Positions 1-11,246 of a DNA stretch of 64,000 bases are shown here, in pieces. The DNA is from Calditrichia bacterium. Lineage in GTDB: Bacteria; Calditrichota; Calditrichia; JAJRVZ01. The stretch spans positions 128,001 to 192,000 of the forward strand of contig CAWCNS010000004.1 in the NCBI GenBank assembly GCA_963796965.1. Reading direction: 5' to 3'. Position numbers and translations under genes: made by a program. The notes beneath the pieces were generated by a model. It saw only the letters and a program-made list of their open reading frames with translations. It was not told the DNA's origin and searched no databases. Numbering within the stretch: the first letter of the stretch is position 1; each line of letters starts with the position of its first letter.

Positions 1-140
1 GGATCCGCTCAATCAGTGTCATCCGTGTGCTATTTCTTTCATTAATTGCAACTTTTATAAACCAATCCTTACCTTAATCTCATCTTATTAACCCACATAA
101 TAATCCTTTAGCATTACTCACATAAAAAGGATCCAATCCT

Positions 141-2353
141 ATGGCTTATAAATTTAACTTTTGTATTTTCATTATTCTTACATGCCCCTGGTTTTGCTCT
201 CAGCCGATAAGCGGACGGTTGTCCATCCCCAAATATCATTCCATAATTCCGCTACAAATGAAAATGCGGTTGCTTTTAACGGTGATAAAATCTATCTGGC
301 AACAAAGTTCTATGGCCATATCTATGAATATTATTACATGGCTGACAGTACTTATTTTGTTGACAAGTTTAAATTAAGAGAAAAAGATTCCAATAAAAAT
401 GCAGCCGGCGCGATGGTTTACCATGATAACCATCTTTATACAGTTACCACCTACGCATTCAAACGAATCCCTGAGATCTATATTTTTAAAACCAATCAAG
501 CAGGCGATCAATTATTACCTGATACCACGATTGATTTGATGAAGCATGACCCCGCTCTCCTGGTTTTTTATAATCCCATCGTAATTGGTGATTATGTATA
601 CTGGGGAACATATCATAATAAAGGTGGACCTGCGCGTTTAGTCGGATTGAATATCAAAGATCAAAATTATGAGAAGGGAGATATCCAAATATTAAAATCG
701 TCTAAAAGTAAAGCGCCAAAGACATACTCCCTGGCACAGGTAGATAATATGCTTTATGTTTCGACGAATATGGGGATCATTCTGCGCTTTAAACTAGATC
801 TTCAGGATGGATCAATTCTGGGAGAGATCGATCCAATTGACATAGGGATTGAGGAATCAAGCAGGGAGATACAACATTTAAAGGCGGATCCGGAAAATAA
901 TATTCTCTGGGCTAACACAACATTAGGAAACGCGCTATTTTGTATCTCAAACCCAGATGCAGACTATCAGGTCAAGAGAACCTGGCATAATATTATCAAT
1001 ACACGTATTTATCTTGGACCGGATGGCTACTTATATGGTCAGGGTCTGGACCAAACCAAACGCAAAATGGTGGGATATAAGATAAAAAGAACAGAATCAG
1101 GGTTTAATTACCGGATCGTGGCAGGGCTCTATTATTCAAGATTTGGCGCTATTTTGGGTGGCGGAATAAATAAAGAGGGGATTACATACCTTGTTGGCGA
1201 AGATTTCAGAAAAGCAGATGAAAACCCGGATCTGAAATATATGCGAACCCTTAACCTGAATACTAATGAACAGAGACAAATTAAAGTTAAAGCGATTGAG
1301 ATTAATACTGTAGGTATGACGTTAAATGCGCTGGCATCTGATAATTCAGGCACGCTTTACCTTTCTACCTATCAGACGGGTTATATGTATAAAATTAATA
1401 CTGATTTTAAGGAGAAAGAATTACTTCCACCGGGAAGATTACGGTACAGTTATCAGGCCGATGTAATCAAAAATTACCCAAACAGCCCAGGTAGCATGCT
1501 ATTTGGGATCTACGGTGGAACAGGCCGGTCTTCAAGGTTGATTTTTTATGATATTTCTGCAGCAAATGATAATTGGAAACATTGGGTATTACCTAATGGC
1601 CCCAAAGGAATTATATATGAACGACTAAAAGCAATGGCAATTAACCCTTTGAGTAATGAGATATATATCGGGACATCAAATCAACTTCTTGATGATAAAG
1701 GATATCCGGCGAAGATATATAAGCTCACGATAAATGATTTAAAAAACGACAAAGGTAATAGTGAAGACTGGAAAGAAATAAACTATCGGTGGCCTGAAAA
1801 TTATCCAGAAAGAGATAATCCCAGCGATTTTTTAGCTATGACTTCGGATGGCAACTATTTATATTGTATCCTTCAACAATATGATAAACAAAAAGGACTG
1901 AGGGAAAATAAATTTGTGCGCATTAAAACAAATGAACAGTCTCCTCTGATATCTCAGAATGATATTAAGATCGAAGAAAAATATAATGAATGGTCCACAC
2001 ATTGTGATAAATCTATTTGTGCGGATGGTCGTATCCTGTTGGTTGGATATGGATCAAAAATATTTCGCTATGATTTAAACCGATTTGCTATCAATAATCC
2101 TGAGAATACCTACGAATTTGGAAAGGAACCAATTGTTGCTATTCTTTCCGATGCAAAGCATTATTATATATGTCAGCCTTCTATAATCCGCATCTTTGAT
2201 AAGAATATGAATGAGAAAAGACAAATATCCCCCCCGGATGAGCAGGTTGAAAATGATTATTTTGAAACCATCTCACTTAACCAGAATGATGGTTACCTCT
2301 ATGCTATTACCCATAATGGGATACTCTATAAATTTCGTATAAATTTGGAATAA
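141..2353 (+). CDS. Secreted beta-propeller-like hypothetical protein (~735 aa; probable frameshift near the N-terminus)
   Basis: ORF 161-2353 has repeated beta-strand blades (e.g. LYVSTNMG, LYLSTYQTG, IYIGTS). ATG 141 follows AAAGGA and gives a signal-like MAYKFNFCIFIILT in another frame. Confidence 0.55.
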
Positions 2354-2551
2354 ATCTCCATGCGTTATTCAATGAAGCAATTCATTCTAAATTTGATACT
2401 ATTAATTTATAATTCATACGTTTTTTGGTTGTAAATCACTTATTCAATACCTATCTTTATGTGAAATTATTATCACAATCCCCTTTCCATCCGAATAAAT
2501 CACAGATTTTTTAGATACTTTTTTGAAAGCAAAAAACAGAAGGCTTTCCAG

Positions 2552-5443
2552 ATGAAGCAGTATCTTCATATATGGATTCTCTCCACGCTCTACGCTCTAC
2601 TCTCTACCGCTTCTTCGCTTCACGGCCAAATCCTCATCCACAAAAATCTCAACGTCGAAGACGGCCTCGTCTACTCCCAGGTCTTATGTGCCTATCAGGA
2701 TCATGATGGATACATGTGGTTTGGTACCAGTAGCGGAATCTCCCGCTGGGATGGCCTTCAGTTTGAAAATTTTCACTCTACAGAAAAGATCCGTTTTGAC
2801 AATGTAAAACTTATCACAGAGTCCAAAATAGGAAATCTCGTCATCGTAACACGCCACGGGGTTCTGAATTATAAAGAAGGGGTTTTCAGTCCACTGGAAA
2901 ATCAACCCAGTGAATTAGAAAATTGGATCGAGCAGGCTGTTAAATTAAATGATGGTTTGATTTATCTTGCTGATCAGGACTCCTGCCTCTGGCAATTTGA
3001 TGGCCAATATTTTAAAGAAGTCAGCCCAAAGGGTTGTCCTGTCGGTATGAAAATCCTCAGTCTAGGCATGGCACCAAATAGAACTTTGCTCATGGGAACA
3101 AAAAATAATGGTTTGATTTCTATGAGGGCAAAAAAGATAAATAAAGACTATATACCCCCGGCCCATCAACCAGCAAATATTTCATGGATACATACATCAT
3201 CTAATGGAAATATCTACCTGGCAACCAAGGGATCGGGACTATATATATATGATGGCCATTCAATGAATCAAATTTCGTCTTCTGACGGTTTGCCGGGACG
3301 GGTAATCAATCATTTCTGGGAGAGTGAAAAGGGCATTGTCTATATCGCCACTGATGAAGGGGTAGCCTTATTATCCGAAGGAAAAATAGTGAAAACGATT
3401 TCAGTGGAAAATGGTTTGGCAAATAGTTTCGTTTGGTATATCACTGCTGACCATCAGGGAAATATATATTTTTGTACGGATGGTGGGGGTGTTTCCCAAT
3501 ACCAGCCTGGTGTTTATCGGACATATAATACTAAGACAGGCTTACCGGATAATACGGTGTGGTGTATCAGAGAAACTAATCCGGCTGAATATTATTTTGC
3601 AACGGATAATGGCGTGGCAGTTCTTAAAGATGATAAAATACATACCATTACTACAGATCAAGGGCTTTCTGATAATATGGTTATTACCATTCAATCCTCA
3701 GATGATGGTACTCTTTTTCTAGGCACCAGTGATCATGGTGTTGATATCTTTCGTAATGATAAATTCGAAAATCTTAATCAAAGCAATGGATTAACAAGCA
3801 ATTCAGTATGGTCGATCACAAAAGATAGTGAAAATCGATTTTATTTGGGTACCTATGATGGCGGAATTTGTGTTTATCAGGGGGGACAGATCATTGACAC
3901 AATAAACACAAGGGATGGGCTGGCTAATGACTATATTGTTTCTGCTTATACAAGCCCTGATGGAATAAATTATTTCGGTTTGGATAATGGGGGTGTCTTT
4001 GCTGTGGAAAATGGCCGTCTAAACACAAAAAAGATTTATTTACCAGGATTGACAGTTTGGTCAATTCACCAGAACGGTTCGGGAAATTTATATTTTGGGA
4101 CTGATAAAAATGGTTTGATCTATTTTACCCCATCGGGGAGAGATACGCTAACCATTGCTGATGGGTTATCTAATAATTGCATATTAGGCATAATGGAAGG
4201 TAAACAGGGTCTACTGTATCTGACCACTGATAACGGTGTCAATATTGTGGATCTCTCAAAAAAGCCTGCAAAGATTCGTCTTATCACAAATGATGATGGT
4301 TTAGCCAGTAGGGAATGCAACCAGGGGGCCTATTTTAAAGATAGCCGGGAGCGATTGTGGATCGGAACAATCCGGGGGGTAACCTGCTATGATCCTTCTT
4401 TAGATTCTCCAATAATATCAGATCTCCCAACACATATTACAGGGATGAGTGTTTTTGATTGGAAGATTCCCCTGACAACAAATCATATTTCAAAACCTTT
4501 TAAATATCACGAGAATTATATAAAGTTTAATTTCATAGGAATTGACCTGAAATCGGCAAATAAAGTGCATTATCGGTATCGAATGAATAATTCGGATTCA
4601 GAGTGGATAGGTACAGATTATCCCCAGGTACAATTTGCCAATCTGGAGGATGATACTTATCATTTTGAGGTTCAATCCAGCAATGACTGGGGTGTTTGGG
4701 GGGAGACAGCCCATGTAACTTTTTCAATATTACCCCCATTTTGGTCTACCTGGTGGTTCCGTACATTAATTATTTTAATTGTGGTCGGTGTGACCGCGAT
4801 GCTTATATATTTCCGTATTCGTCAGTTACTGGCTGTGGAACGAATTCGTGCTAAAATTGCTGCAGATCTTCATGATGACATTGGTGCCGGCCTTTCAGAA
4901 ATTAATATCCTAACCGCTGTGGCGGAAGCGAAAACACCGGTGGAGGTAAAGGAACATACTAAAAATGAATTGGCTCGAATTGGTAAAACGGCCGGTCAGT
5001 TAATCGACAGTATGAGTGATATTGTGTGGTTGGTAAACCCGAAAAAAGATTCTATGACAGATCTCGTCACCAGATTGAAGGATATTTTTAATGATTTGCT
5101 TGATGCCAAAGGTATTACCTTTAATAATGAGAATATGCATTTGTTGACAAAAATAAGGTTAAATATGGAGCACCGTCAATTTATATTTCTGATCTTTAAA
5201 GAAGCACTAAACAATGCCCTGAAATACAGTAATTGTACTGTCGTCGATTTTAAAGTTTTAACCGAGAAAAGTCGTCTGAAAATAATTCTTGCTGATAATG
5301 GCACCGGTTTTGATTTGGATAATCATAAAGATGGAAACGGACTTAAAAACATGCGGGAAAGAGCAAATAAAATAAACGGAAACCTAGATATTGAAAGCCG
5401 TCCGGGAAAGGGAACAAAACTTATCTTTACAGGGAAGATTTAA
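2552..5443 (+). CDS. Sensor histidine kinase: periplasmic Reg_prop beta-propeller + Y_Y_Y domain, TM helix, HisKA_3/HATPase
   Basis: Signal peptide, repeated GL.xN.V..I..D..G.LWxGT blades, PPFWSTWWF TM, IAADLHDDIG H-box, EALNNALKYS N-box, DNGTGF G1, GNGLKNM G2. Confidence 0.92.
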   Translation: MKQYLHIWILSTLYALLSTASSLHGQILIHKNLNVEDGLVYSQVLCAYQDHDGYMWFGTSSGISRWDGLQFENFHSTEKIRFDNVKLITESKIGNLVIVTRHGVLNYKEGVFSPLENQPSELENWIEQAVKLNDGLIYLADQDSCLWQFDGQYFKEVSPKGCPVGMKILSLGMAPNRTLLMGTKNNGLISMRAKKINKDYIPPAHQPANISWIHTSSNGNIYLATKGSGLYIYDGHSMNQISSSDGLPGRVINHFWESEKGIVYIATDEGVALLSEGKIVKTISVENGLANSFVWYITADHQGNIYFCTDGGGVSQYQPGVYRTYNTKTGLPDNTVWCIRETNPAEYYFATDNGVAVLKDDKIHTITTDQGLSDNMVITIQSSDDGTLFLGTSDHGVDIFRNDKFENLNQSNGLTSNSVWSITKDSENRFYLGTYDGGICVYQGGQIIDTINTRDGLANDYIVSAYTSPDGINYFGLDNGGVFAVENGRLNTKKIYLPGLTVWSIHQNGSGNLYFGTDKNGLIYFTPSGRDTLTIADGLSNNCILGIMEGKQGLLYLTTDNGVNIVDLSKKPAKIRLITNDDGLASRECNQGAYFKDSRERLWIGTIRGVTCYDPSLDSPIISDLPTHITGMSVFDWKIPLTTNHISKPFKYHENYIKFNFIGIDLKSANKVHYRYRMNNSDSEWIGTDYPQVQFANLEDDTYHFEVQSSNDWGVWGETAHVTFSILPPFWSTWWFRTLIILIVVGVTAMLIYFRIRQLLAVERIRAKIAADLHDDIGAGLSEINILTAVAEAKTPVEVKEHTKNELARIGKTAGQLIDSMSDIVWLVNPKKDSMTDLVTRLKDIFNDLLDAKGITFNNENMHLLTKIRLNMEHRQFIFLIFKEALNNALKYSNCTVVDFKVLTEKSRLKIILADNGTGFDLDNHKDGNGLKNMRERANKINGNLDIESRPGKGTKLIFTGKI

Positions 5444-5564
5444 GATCCCTCCTCATCTTACACAAACGGCAATTATTTGAAATATGAAAAATTGTTTCAA
5501 ATTAATTTGAATTAAAGAATTAGAAAATTTAATAACCTGTATAACTTGAATTGAGTATTTTTAT

Positions 5565-5588
5565 TCGCTCGCATGATCATGCGAGCGA
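5565..5588. repeat. Perfect 24-bp palindrome TCGCTCGCATGATCATGCGAGCGA
   Basis: Read directly; lies between the kinase and response-regulator genes. Confidence 0.8.
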
Positions 5589-5780
5589 CATTTTGATTGT
5601 GATCACATACTTATAGTGCATAAATAAATGTAGTATATACTTATGTTTGCTGCATAGTGCCGGGAGCATGGCGCCTATTTTTGAAGGGCAATGTTCTTTA
5701 CTCTATGCCAATCTTTTTGTGGCTGGAATTGTATCACGGAAGCTATTTTATCGTTTATAAAGATTACTAGGGAGATAGAA

Positions 5781-6419
5781 ATGATAAAGGTCGTTATAAC
5801 TGAAGATAATGTAACAATTCGAGAAGGTCTGGCGCTATTAATAAATGCAACAGAGGGAATGATCTGTCTTGCCCAATATGGAAGCTGTGAAGAAATGCTG
5901 GCCGATATTGGAAATCATCAACCCAATGTTATTGTTCAGGATATTGGGTTACCGGGAATGTGTGGCATTGATGGCGTAAAGGAATTACGAAAAATCCTTC
6001 CGGAGGTGGTAATATTAATGCTCACTGTATATGAAAATGAGGAGAATGTCTTTGACTCGCTGCAGGCAGGTGCCAGTGGTTATCTGTTGAAGAAAACTTC
6101 TCCTGCACAACTTATTGATTCTATTAAAGATGCCCACAATGGCGGTTCGCCCATGAGCTCGAATATTGCCCGAAAAGTTGTTTCCTTTTTTAGCATGGGC
6201 AAAAAGCCAGCGGCTAAAAATGAATCAAATCTTACGGAAAGAGAAATTGAGATTCTTAATAGCCTGGCTGAGGGAAACAGTTACAAAATAACTGCAGAAA
6301 AACTCTTTATCAGTATAGATACGGTAAGAACGTATATCCGAAGTATCTATAAAAAACTTCATGTTCATTCCCAATCGGGCGCTGTCGCCAAGGCCATTAA
6401 AAACGGGCTTATCTCTTAA
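5781..6419 (+). CDS. NarL/LuxR-family response regulator
   Basis: REC domain (ITEDN, QDIGLPG, GASGYLLK) plus LTERE..IL..LAEG.SYK HTH; GGAG RBS before ATG 5781. Confidence 0.92.
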   Translation: MIKVVITEDNVTIREGLALLINATEGMICLAQYGSCEEMLADIGNHQPNVIVQDIGLPGMCGIDGVKELRKILPEVVILMLTVYENEENVFDSLQAGASGYLLKKTSPAQLIDSIKDAHNGGSPMSSNIARKVVSFFSMGKKPAAKNESNLTEREIEILNSLAEGNSYKITAEKLFISIDTVRTYIRSIYKKLHVHSQSGAVAKAIKNGLIS

Positions 6420-6623
6420 AGATAGTCCACTAATTACACGAATTAAAAACGAATTTCACGAATTAATAAAAAAACAAGACATTTAATTTTACCGCTCATC
6501 ATCTAGGCAAATCCACAATTCTAATTTCTAAATTAACTAAACCTACATTTCAAATGTGTATATATTAATCAATTGGAATTTGATAGAATTTGTGATGGAA
6601 TTGAGTATTGAAGGGAAGAGTGT

Positions 6624-6694
6624 AAAAACAAAGCCGCAAAGATTGTGTTGGACTTGGGGTCTCGCTTGTGGTAAGGCGAACTTTACGGCTTTGT
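6624..6694 (-). terminator. Long hairpin followed by a U-tract (possible terminator or structured RNA end)
   Basis: Minus strand ACAAAGCCGUAAAG...CUUUGCGGCUUUGU then UUUU; the single mismatch is a U-G wobble only on the minus strand. Confidence 0.5.
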
Positions 6695-6926
6695 GAATGG
6701 AATTAATGAGCACCTGAAGAGTAAACTGATATCAGGCTTGTTTCATCCAATCTCCTTATATGACATTACCCGATCTTCCTGGTTAGGTCAGGAATATCTT
6801 TATCTGTTTGCGATGACCTATCGACATATGCTTAGACACGGCGTATAAATCATGCGTTAGAAAAAAGAATTGATCAGATAGTTGATTGCCAAGCACATAC
6901 AATAATATAAAGAGGTCAGATATAAA

Positions 6927-6955
6927 AGTTTAAGAAATTTGACCTGCAGTGTCAA
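6927..6955 (-). promoter_or_regulatory. Sigma70-type promoter TTGACA-N17-TAAACT, overlapped by inverted repeat AGGTCAGAT...ATTTGACCT
   Basis: Minus strand: TTGACA at 6955-6950, TAAACT at 6932-6927, 17-bp spacer. Confidence 0.55.
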
Positions 6956-7098
6956 CAATTTTAAGACAAAAGATTAAAGATTAAAGACAAAAGAGAAAAA
7001 GCAGGGGAGCATAGAGCCTGGCGCAAAGCGATCAATACTAAATCGCTCTGCGCGCTGCGCTTTGCTTTTTTCGTCTATCGAATGGAAAATTTTTTGGT

Positions 7099-7770
7099 CT
7101 AAAAATATACAGATAGAATAAGTGCCCCAGAGGATTCTAACCCAATACCCGTTATACTACCCTGTCTATTCGTGACCGTTGTGTTGCCCTGGGTGAATTC
7201 TTCATCTTTTCTTGACACGGAGGCATAACCTAAACGATACTCCGCTGCAAGGCTCAGGTTCTTAATAATGAATACCTCCACACCGAGAATTCCGAATATG
7301 GTAAATTCTGTTCCGCCATAATAGCCAAATTCACCATCCTCATCGTTTTTTACTGTAAACTGGTTTGTAAGATTATCAGCAGTCGATTTATATTCTGTTG
7401 AGGTTACAGCGAAACCAACACCTCCTCCGATATAAGGATTAACTCGGGATGTGTCAAAATGGAATTCAACTGCAGCAGAAATTCCAAAACGGTTTGCTTT
7501 TCTTTTTCCATCAATACCATTATCACCATCATAGGGTATGTTCTCATTAAGATCCATGAATTGCAAACTACCCCGGATGGCTAACTTATTATCTATAAAA
7601 TACTTCCCACCAAGTCCTCCGTTAAAAGAGCCCGCCCCCAGATCAGCCAAACCGCTAAACTCGAATAACAAGGCCTTAGAACCTTTTTGAAAATAGCCCG
7701 TGCTCTCCTGGGCAGAAGAAATCGAAACCAGAAAGACGGAGATTATTATAATTAAAGTAAAGTGTTTCAT
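7099..7770 (-). CDS. Outer-membrane beta-barrel protein (OmpA/OmpW-like small barrel)
   Basis: Signal peptide (SSA|Q), alternating beta strands, VNPYIGGGVG, C-terminal aromatic YF; GGGAGG RBS. Confidence 0.8.
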   Translation of the reverse strand: MKHFTLIIIISVFLVSISSAQESTGYFQKGSKALLFEFSGLADLGAGSFNGGLGGKYFIDNKLAIRGSLQFMDLNENIPYDGDNGIDGKRKANRFGISAAVEFHFDTSRVNPYIGGGVGFAVTSTEYKSTADNLTNQFTVKNDEDGEFGYYGGTEFTIFGILGVEVFIIKNLSLAAEYRLGYASVSRKDEEFTQGNTTVTNRQGSITGIGLESSGALILSVYF

Positions 7771-7845
7771 AAGACCTCCCTACATAGTAATGATAATATT
7801 TATTTACACAAAAAGGTAAAGACGATTTATAGGCCTATATCTGAA

Positions 7846-7938
7846 GTCATCCCGTAAGGATCTTCCTGGGTGAAGTTAAATGCGACATGGGGAAGGATTC
7901 CTAGCCTGAGACGAGATCCCGTTCCGGGACGTAATGAC
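7846..7938 (-). repeat. ~93-bp composite GTCA-type REP-like element (copy 1)
   Basis: Its reverse complement aligns with 11050-11142 (GTCATT.CGTCCCGGAACG...TAGGAATC...GGAAGATCC...CGGGATGAC). Confidence 0.8.
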
Positions 7939-7987
7939 AAAATAGATTTTTTTTACCTTTGTGTAAGGTTATTGTTACAGAATCAAA

Positions 7988-8942
7988 TTAATCATTCAAC
8001 TTGAAGTGCAATTCCCGGTCTGTAATTTGTGCTGTGGTGTAAGGTTTATATTCAATAGGATAGCCAACCTCCCAGGGAGAGGGGCCTGCATATTCGGATT
8101 GACGGCCTTTTATTTTTATAATACCTTTTGTCGAAATAGTGACGACTGCAAAAAGAGGGTCTTTATAAGGTGCTGTATACTTGATCCACTTAAAATTTTT
8201 ATCCACTTCTTCGCTGTAGCGAATATGAGCGTATTCTTCACCCAGCCATTTATATGACATGGAATTAATAGAGATATACCAGATTCCATTTACCTCCTCA
8301 GCCCAATCGTTATGTGTGTGACCGTTAAAACTGGCGATTATTTTATTGTTTTTCATCTGTAAGGTTGTGACTTTCCAGAATGGATCGTATTTCATCGGCG
8401 TTATCGATGGCCTCAGGCGGTCCGATAGCCTGGTGTGAAAAAAGAATCACCGGTAATCTGGCCTCTTTCAGTTCTTCCTTGAGCCACTTTTGTTGTTCGG
8501 GTCCGATATATGAGCGGTAACCTTTCTGGTCGGGAGACTTTTTATCGTTTCCATCCAGAACAATAAACAAAAAGCCATTTTGTTTGAATTTATAATAAGA
8601 AGATGTCATATTCCTATAGTCCAGGGCTTTGGCCATTGACGTACCGCCATCCATCTCGTGATTGCCAATTACGTGGTACTTTTTACCTGGATAGGCGTTC
8701 CAGATATCAAAAAGATGGTGGTATTTTTCATGTGGGATACCGAAGTCCCCTAATTCAATGATAAAATCCGGCTGGGTAAGTTTCATACTTTCGATAAATG
8801 TGGTTATTCTATGTTCTGAATCATGCATTGTGGGCAAATGAACATCAGCACAAATTCCAAAGGTAACATTCTTTTCAGCCTTTTCACTGGTACAACTCAA
8901 AAAGGAAATTAATACAAGTGAGATAAATATAATTTTATACAT
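7988..8942 (-). CDS. Calcineurin-like metallophosphoesterase lipoprotein (frameshift near 8345)
   Basis: Lipobox FLSC; motifs DVH, LGD, GNHE, SHQ and, in the downstream frame, GHTH. Confidence 0.85.
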
Positions 8943-9139
8943 ATTGTTTTCCTGTCATTTATGATTAAGTTAAATATAATGTTTAGCAAACCGAATTGAA
9001 ATAAAAAGTGTGACTTGGTGTGTTTACTGTTTAAGAAAAAGGAATATTACTGGATCTGAGATATGAGATACCAGATGCCCTTGTAGCGTCCTGAATCTCA
9101 TATCCTCTACCCCTTATCTCAAGTCTTTATCTTACAAAC

Positions 9140-10993
9140 ATGAATAGAACCAATATAAGATCACGTAATGACTGGCTTCCCACAACCGCAAAAGAAGTGT
9201 ATGCCCGAGGGTGGGATCAGTTAGATGTAATCCTGATTAGCGGAGACGCCTATGTGGATCATCCGGCATTTGGTGCGGCTGTTGTGGGTCGGATCATCGA
9301 AGCAGCTGGTTTGCGTGTTGCTATCGTTGCCCAACCTAACTGGCAGGATGACCTTCGAGATTTTAAAAAGTTGGGCAAGCCACGACTTTTCTTTGGTGTG
9401 ACAGCCGGATGCATGGATTCAATGGTTAACCATTATACGGCCAGTAAACGGCAGCGCTCTACAGATGCCTATACTGCAGGGGGTAAGTCCGGTTTTCGGC
9501 CAGACTATGCAACCACCGTATATACCCAGATTTTAAAAAAAATATACCCTGATATTCCGGTTATCATCGGAGGTATTGAAGCTTCGTTGCGCCGGGTCAC
9601 CCATTATGATTATTGGTCGGACAAACTTAGACCTTCTATTCTAATTGAAAGTGGCGCAGACATGCTTGTATATGGTATGGGTGAAAAGCCATTGCGTGAA
9701 ATTTTAAAACTTCTGGAACGTGGCGTTCCAATTGACTCTCTGCAAACCATTCCACAAACTGTTGTTGCACTTGGCGATGGTCGTGAACTCCCAAAGGTTA
9801 AAAAGTGGCAAACAGTTGAACTCTCATCACATGAATTATGCCTGAATGATAAACTAAAATTTGCCGCTAATTTTAAAAAAATAGAGCAGGAATCGAATAA
9901 ACAATACGCCCGAAGATTAATACAATCAATAAAGGGGAAGACAATCATTATCAATCCCCCTTATCAGACTATGAGTGAAGCAGAAATCGATGCCTCCTTT
10001 GACCTCCCCTATACGCGTATGCCACATCCTAGATATAATAAGAGGGGAATAATCCCAGCATACGAGATGATCCGTCATTCAGTAAATATGCATCGGGGGT
10101 GTTTTGGTGGATGTAGCTTTTGTACAATTTCAGCTCATCAGGGGAAGATGATTGCCAGCCGATCAAAAGAATCTATTTTAAAGGAAGTCGATGAGATCAC
10201 AAAAATGCCTGATTTTAAGGGATATATCAGTGATTTGGGAGGACCATCGGCAAATATGTATAAGATGAAAGGTAAGGACCAGTCTATTTGTGATAAATGT
10301 GTAAGTCCTTCCTGTTTGCATCCCACAATATGTTATAATCTGGATACAAGTCATCAGGCGATGATCGACATTTACCAGGCAGTAGAAAAACATCCGAAGA
10401 TCAAAAAAGCCTTTGTGACCAGTGGGTTGCGTTATGATCTTCTGGTACGCCGCCCCAACAACCAGCATGTAGATCCAAGCCACAAGGCTTATCTTAAACA
10501 ATTAATCACCCACCACGTTTCCGGAAGATTAAAAGTTGCGCCGGAACATACCTCTGACGATACCCTGAAAATTATGCGCAAGCCGTCATTTAAATATTTT
10601 TATGATTTCAAAAAAATTTTTGATCAGATTAGTAAAAAGACCGGCATAAATCAGCACTTGATTCCCTATTTTATTTCCAGTCATCCCGGTTCAACCCTCG
10701 AAAGTATGGCCAACCTGGCCTGTGAAACAAAGACGTTAGGTTTTCATCTGGAACAAGTACAGGATTTTACGCCAACTCCAATGACTGTGGCCACTGTGAT
10801 ATTCTATTCCGGTGTTCACCCCTATTCTTTAAAACCTGTCTATACCGCACGACGGAAAAGAGAGAAAAGAGATCAAAATCGTTTCTTTTTTTGGTATAAA
10901 CCCGAACACCGAGCCTGGATTCGCAAAACGCTTGATGAGATTTATCGCCCCGATCTTTTCAACAAATTGCTTAAATCAAAAACGAAAAACTGA
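9140..10993 (+). CDS. ygiQ: YgiQ (UPF0313) family radical SAM protein
   Basis: GDAYVDHPAFG, GGIEASLRR, HRGCFGGCSFC (CxxxCxxC), DLGGPSANMY, LKVAPEH, QVQDFTPTPMT. Confidence 0.9.
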   Translation: MNRTNIRSRNDWLPTTAKEVYARGWDQLDVILISGDAYVDHPAFGAAVVGRIIEAAGLRVAIVAQPNWQDDLRDFKKLGKPRLFFGVTAGCMDSMVNHYTASKRQRSTDAYTAGGKSGFRPDYATTVYTQILKKIYPDIPVIIGGIEASLRRVTHYDYWSDKLRPSILIESGADMLVYGMGEKPLREILKLLERGVPIDSLQTIPQTVVALGDGRELPKVKKWQTVELSSHELCLNDKLKFAANFKKIEQESNKQYARRLIQSIKGKTIIINPPYQTMSEAEIDASFDLPYTRMPHPRYNKRGIIPAYEMIRHSVNMHRGCFGGCSFCTISAHQGKMIASRSKESILKEVDEITKMPDFKGYISDLGGPSANMYKMKGKDQSICDKCVSPSCLHPTICYNLDTSHQAMIDIYQAVEKHPKIKKAFVTSGLRYDLLVRRPNNQHVDPSHKAYLKQLITHHVSGRLKVAPEHTSDDTLKIMRKPSFKYFYDFKKIFDQISKKTGINQHLIPYFISSHPGSTLESMANLACETKTLGFHLEQVQDFTPTPMTVATVIFYSGVHPYSLKPVYTARRKREKRDQNRFFFWYKPEHRAWIRKTLDEIYRPDLFNKLLKSKTKN

Positions 10994-11049
10994 TCACCTT
11001 ATATCATATATTTATATTGCAGACACAAAGACATCAATCAATATCTGTT

Positions 11050-11142
11050 GTCATTCCGTCCCGGAACGAGATCCCGTCTCGGGATAGGAATCTTCCCATA
11101 TGTAATGTAGAGATTTGCATCGGAAGATCCCTCCGGGATGAC
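11050..11142 (+). repeat. ~93-bp composite GTCA-type REP-like element (copy 2)
   Basis: Inverted homologue of 7846-7938. Confidence 0.8.
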
Positions 11143-11246
11143 ATCTGTTTAGAAGTTGAAACAAAATATTCTACTTGTTATTCTGCGAAAAATAAGAAAA
11201 ATTTAACAGATTGAATTATGTATTTTATTAAGCAGGAGAATTAGAA

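Noticed and set aside
5668..5684. TGGCGC...TTTGA as a sigma54 promoter
   Set aside because: The -24/-12 spacing is one base too long
6785..6900. Minus-strand peptide HDLYAVSKHMSIGH resembling an integrase C-terminus
   Set aside because: Too short, and lacks the other tyrosine-recombinase catalytic motifs
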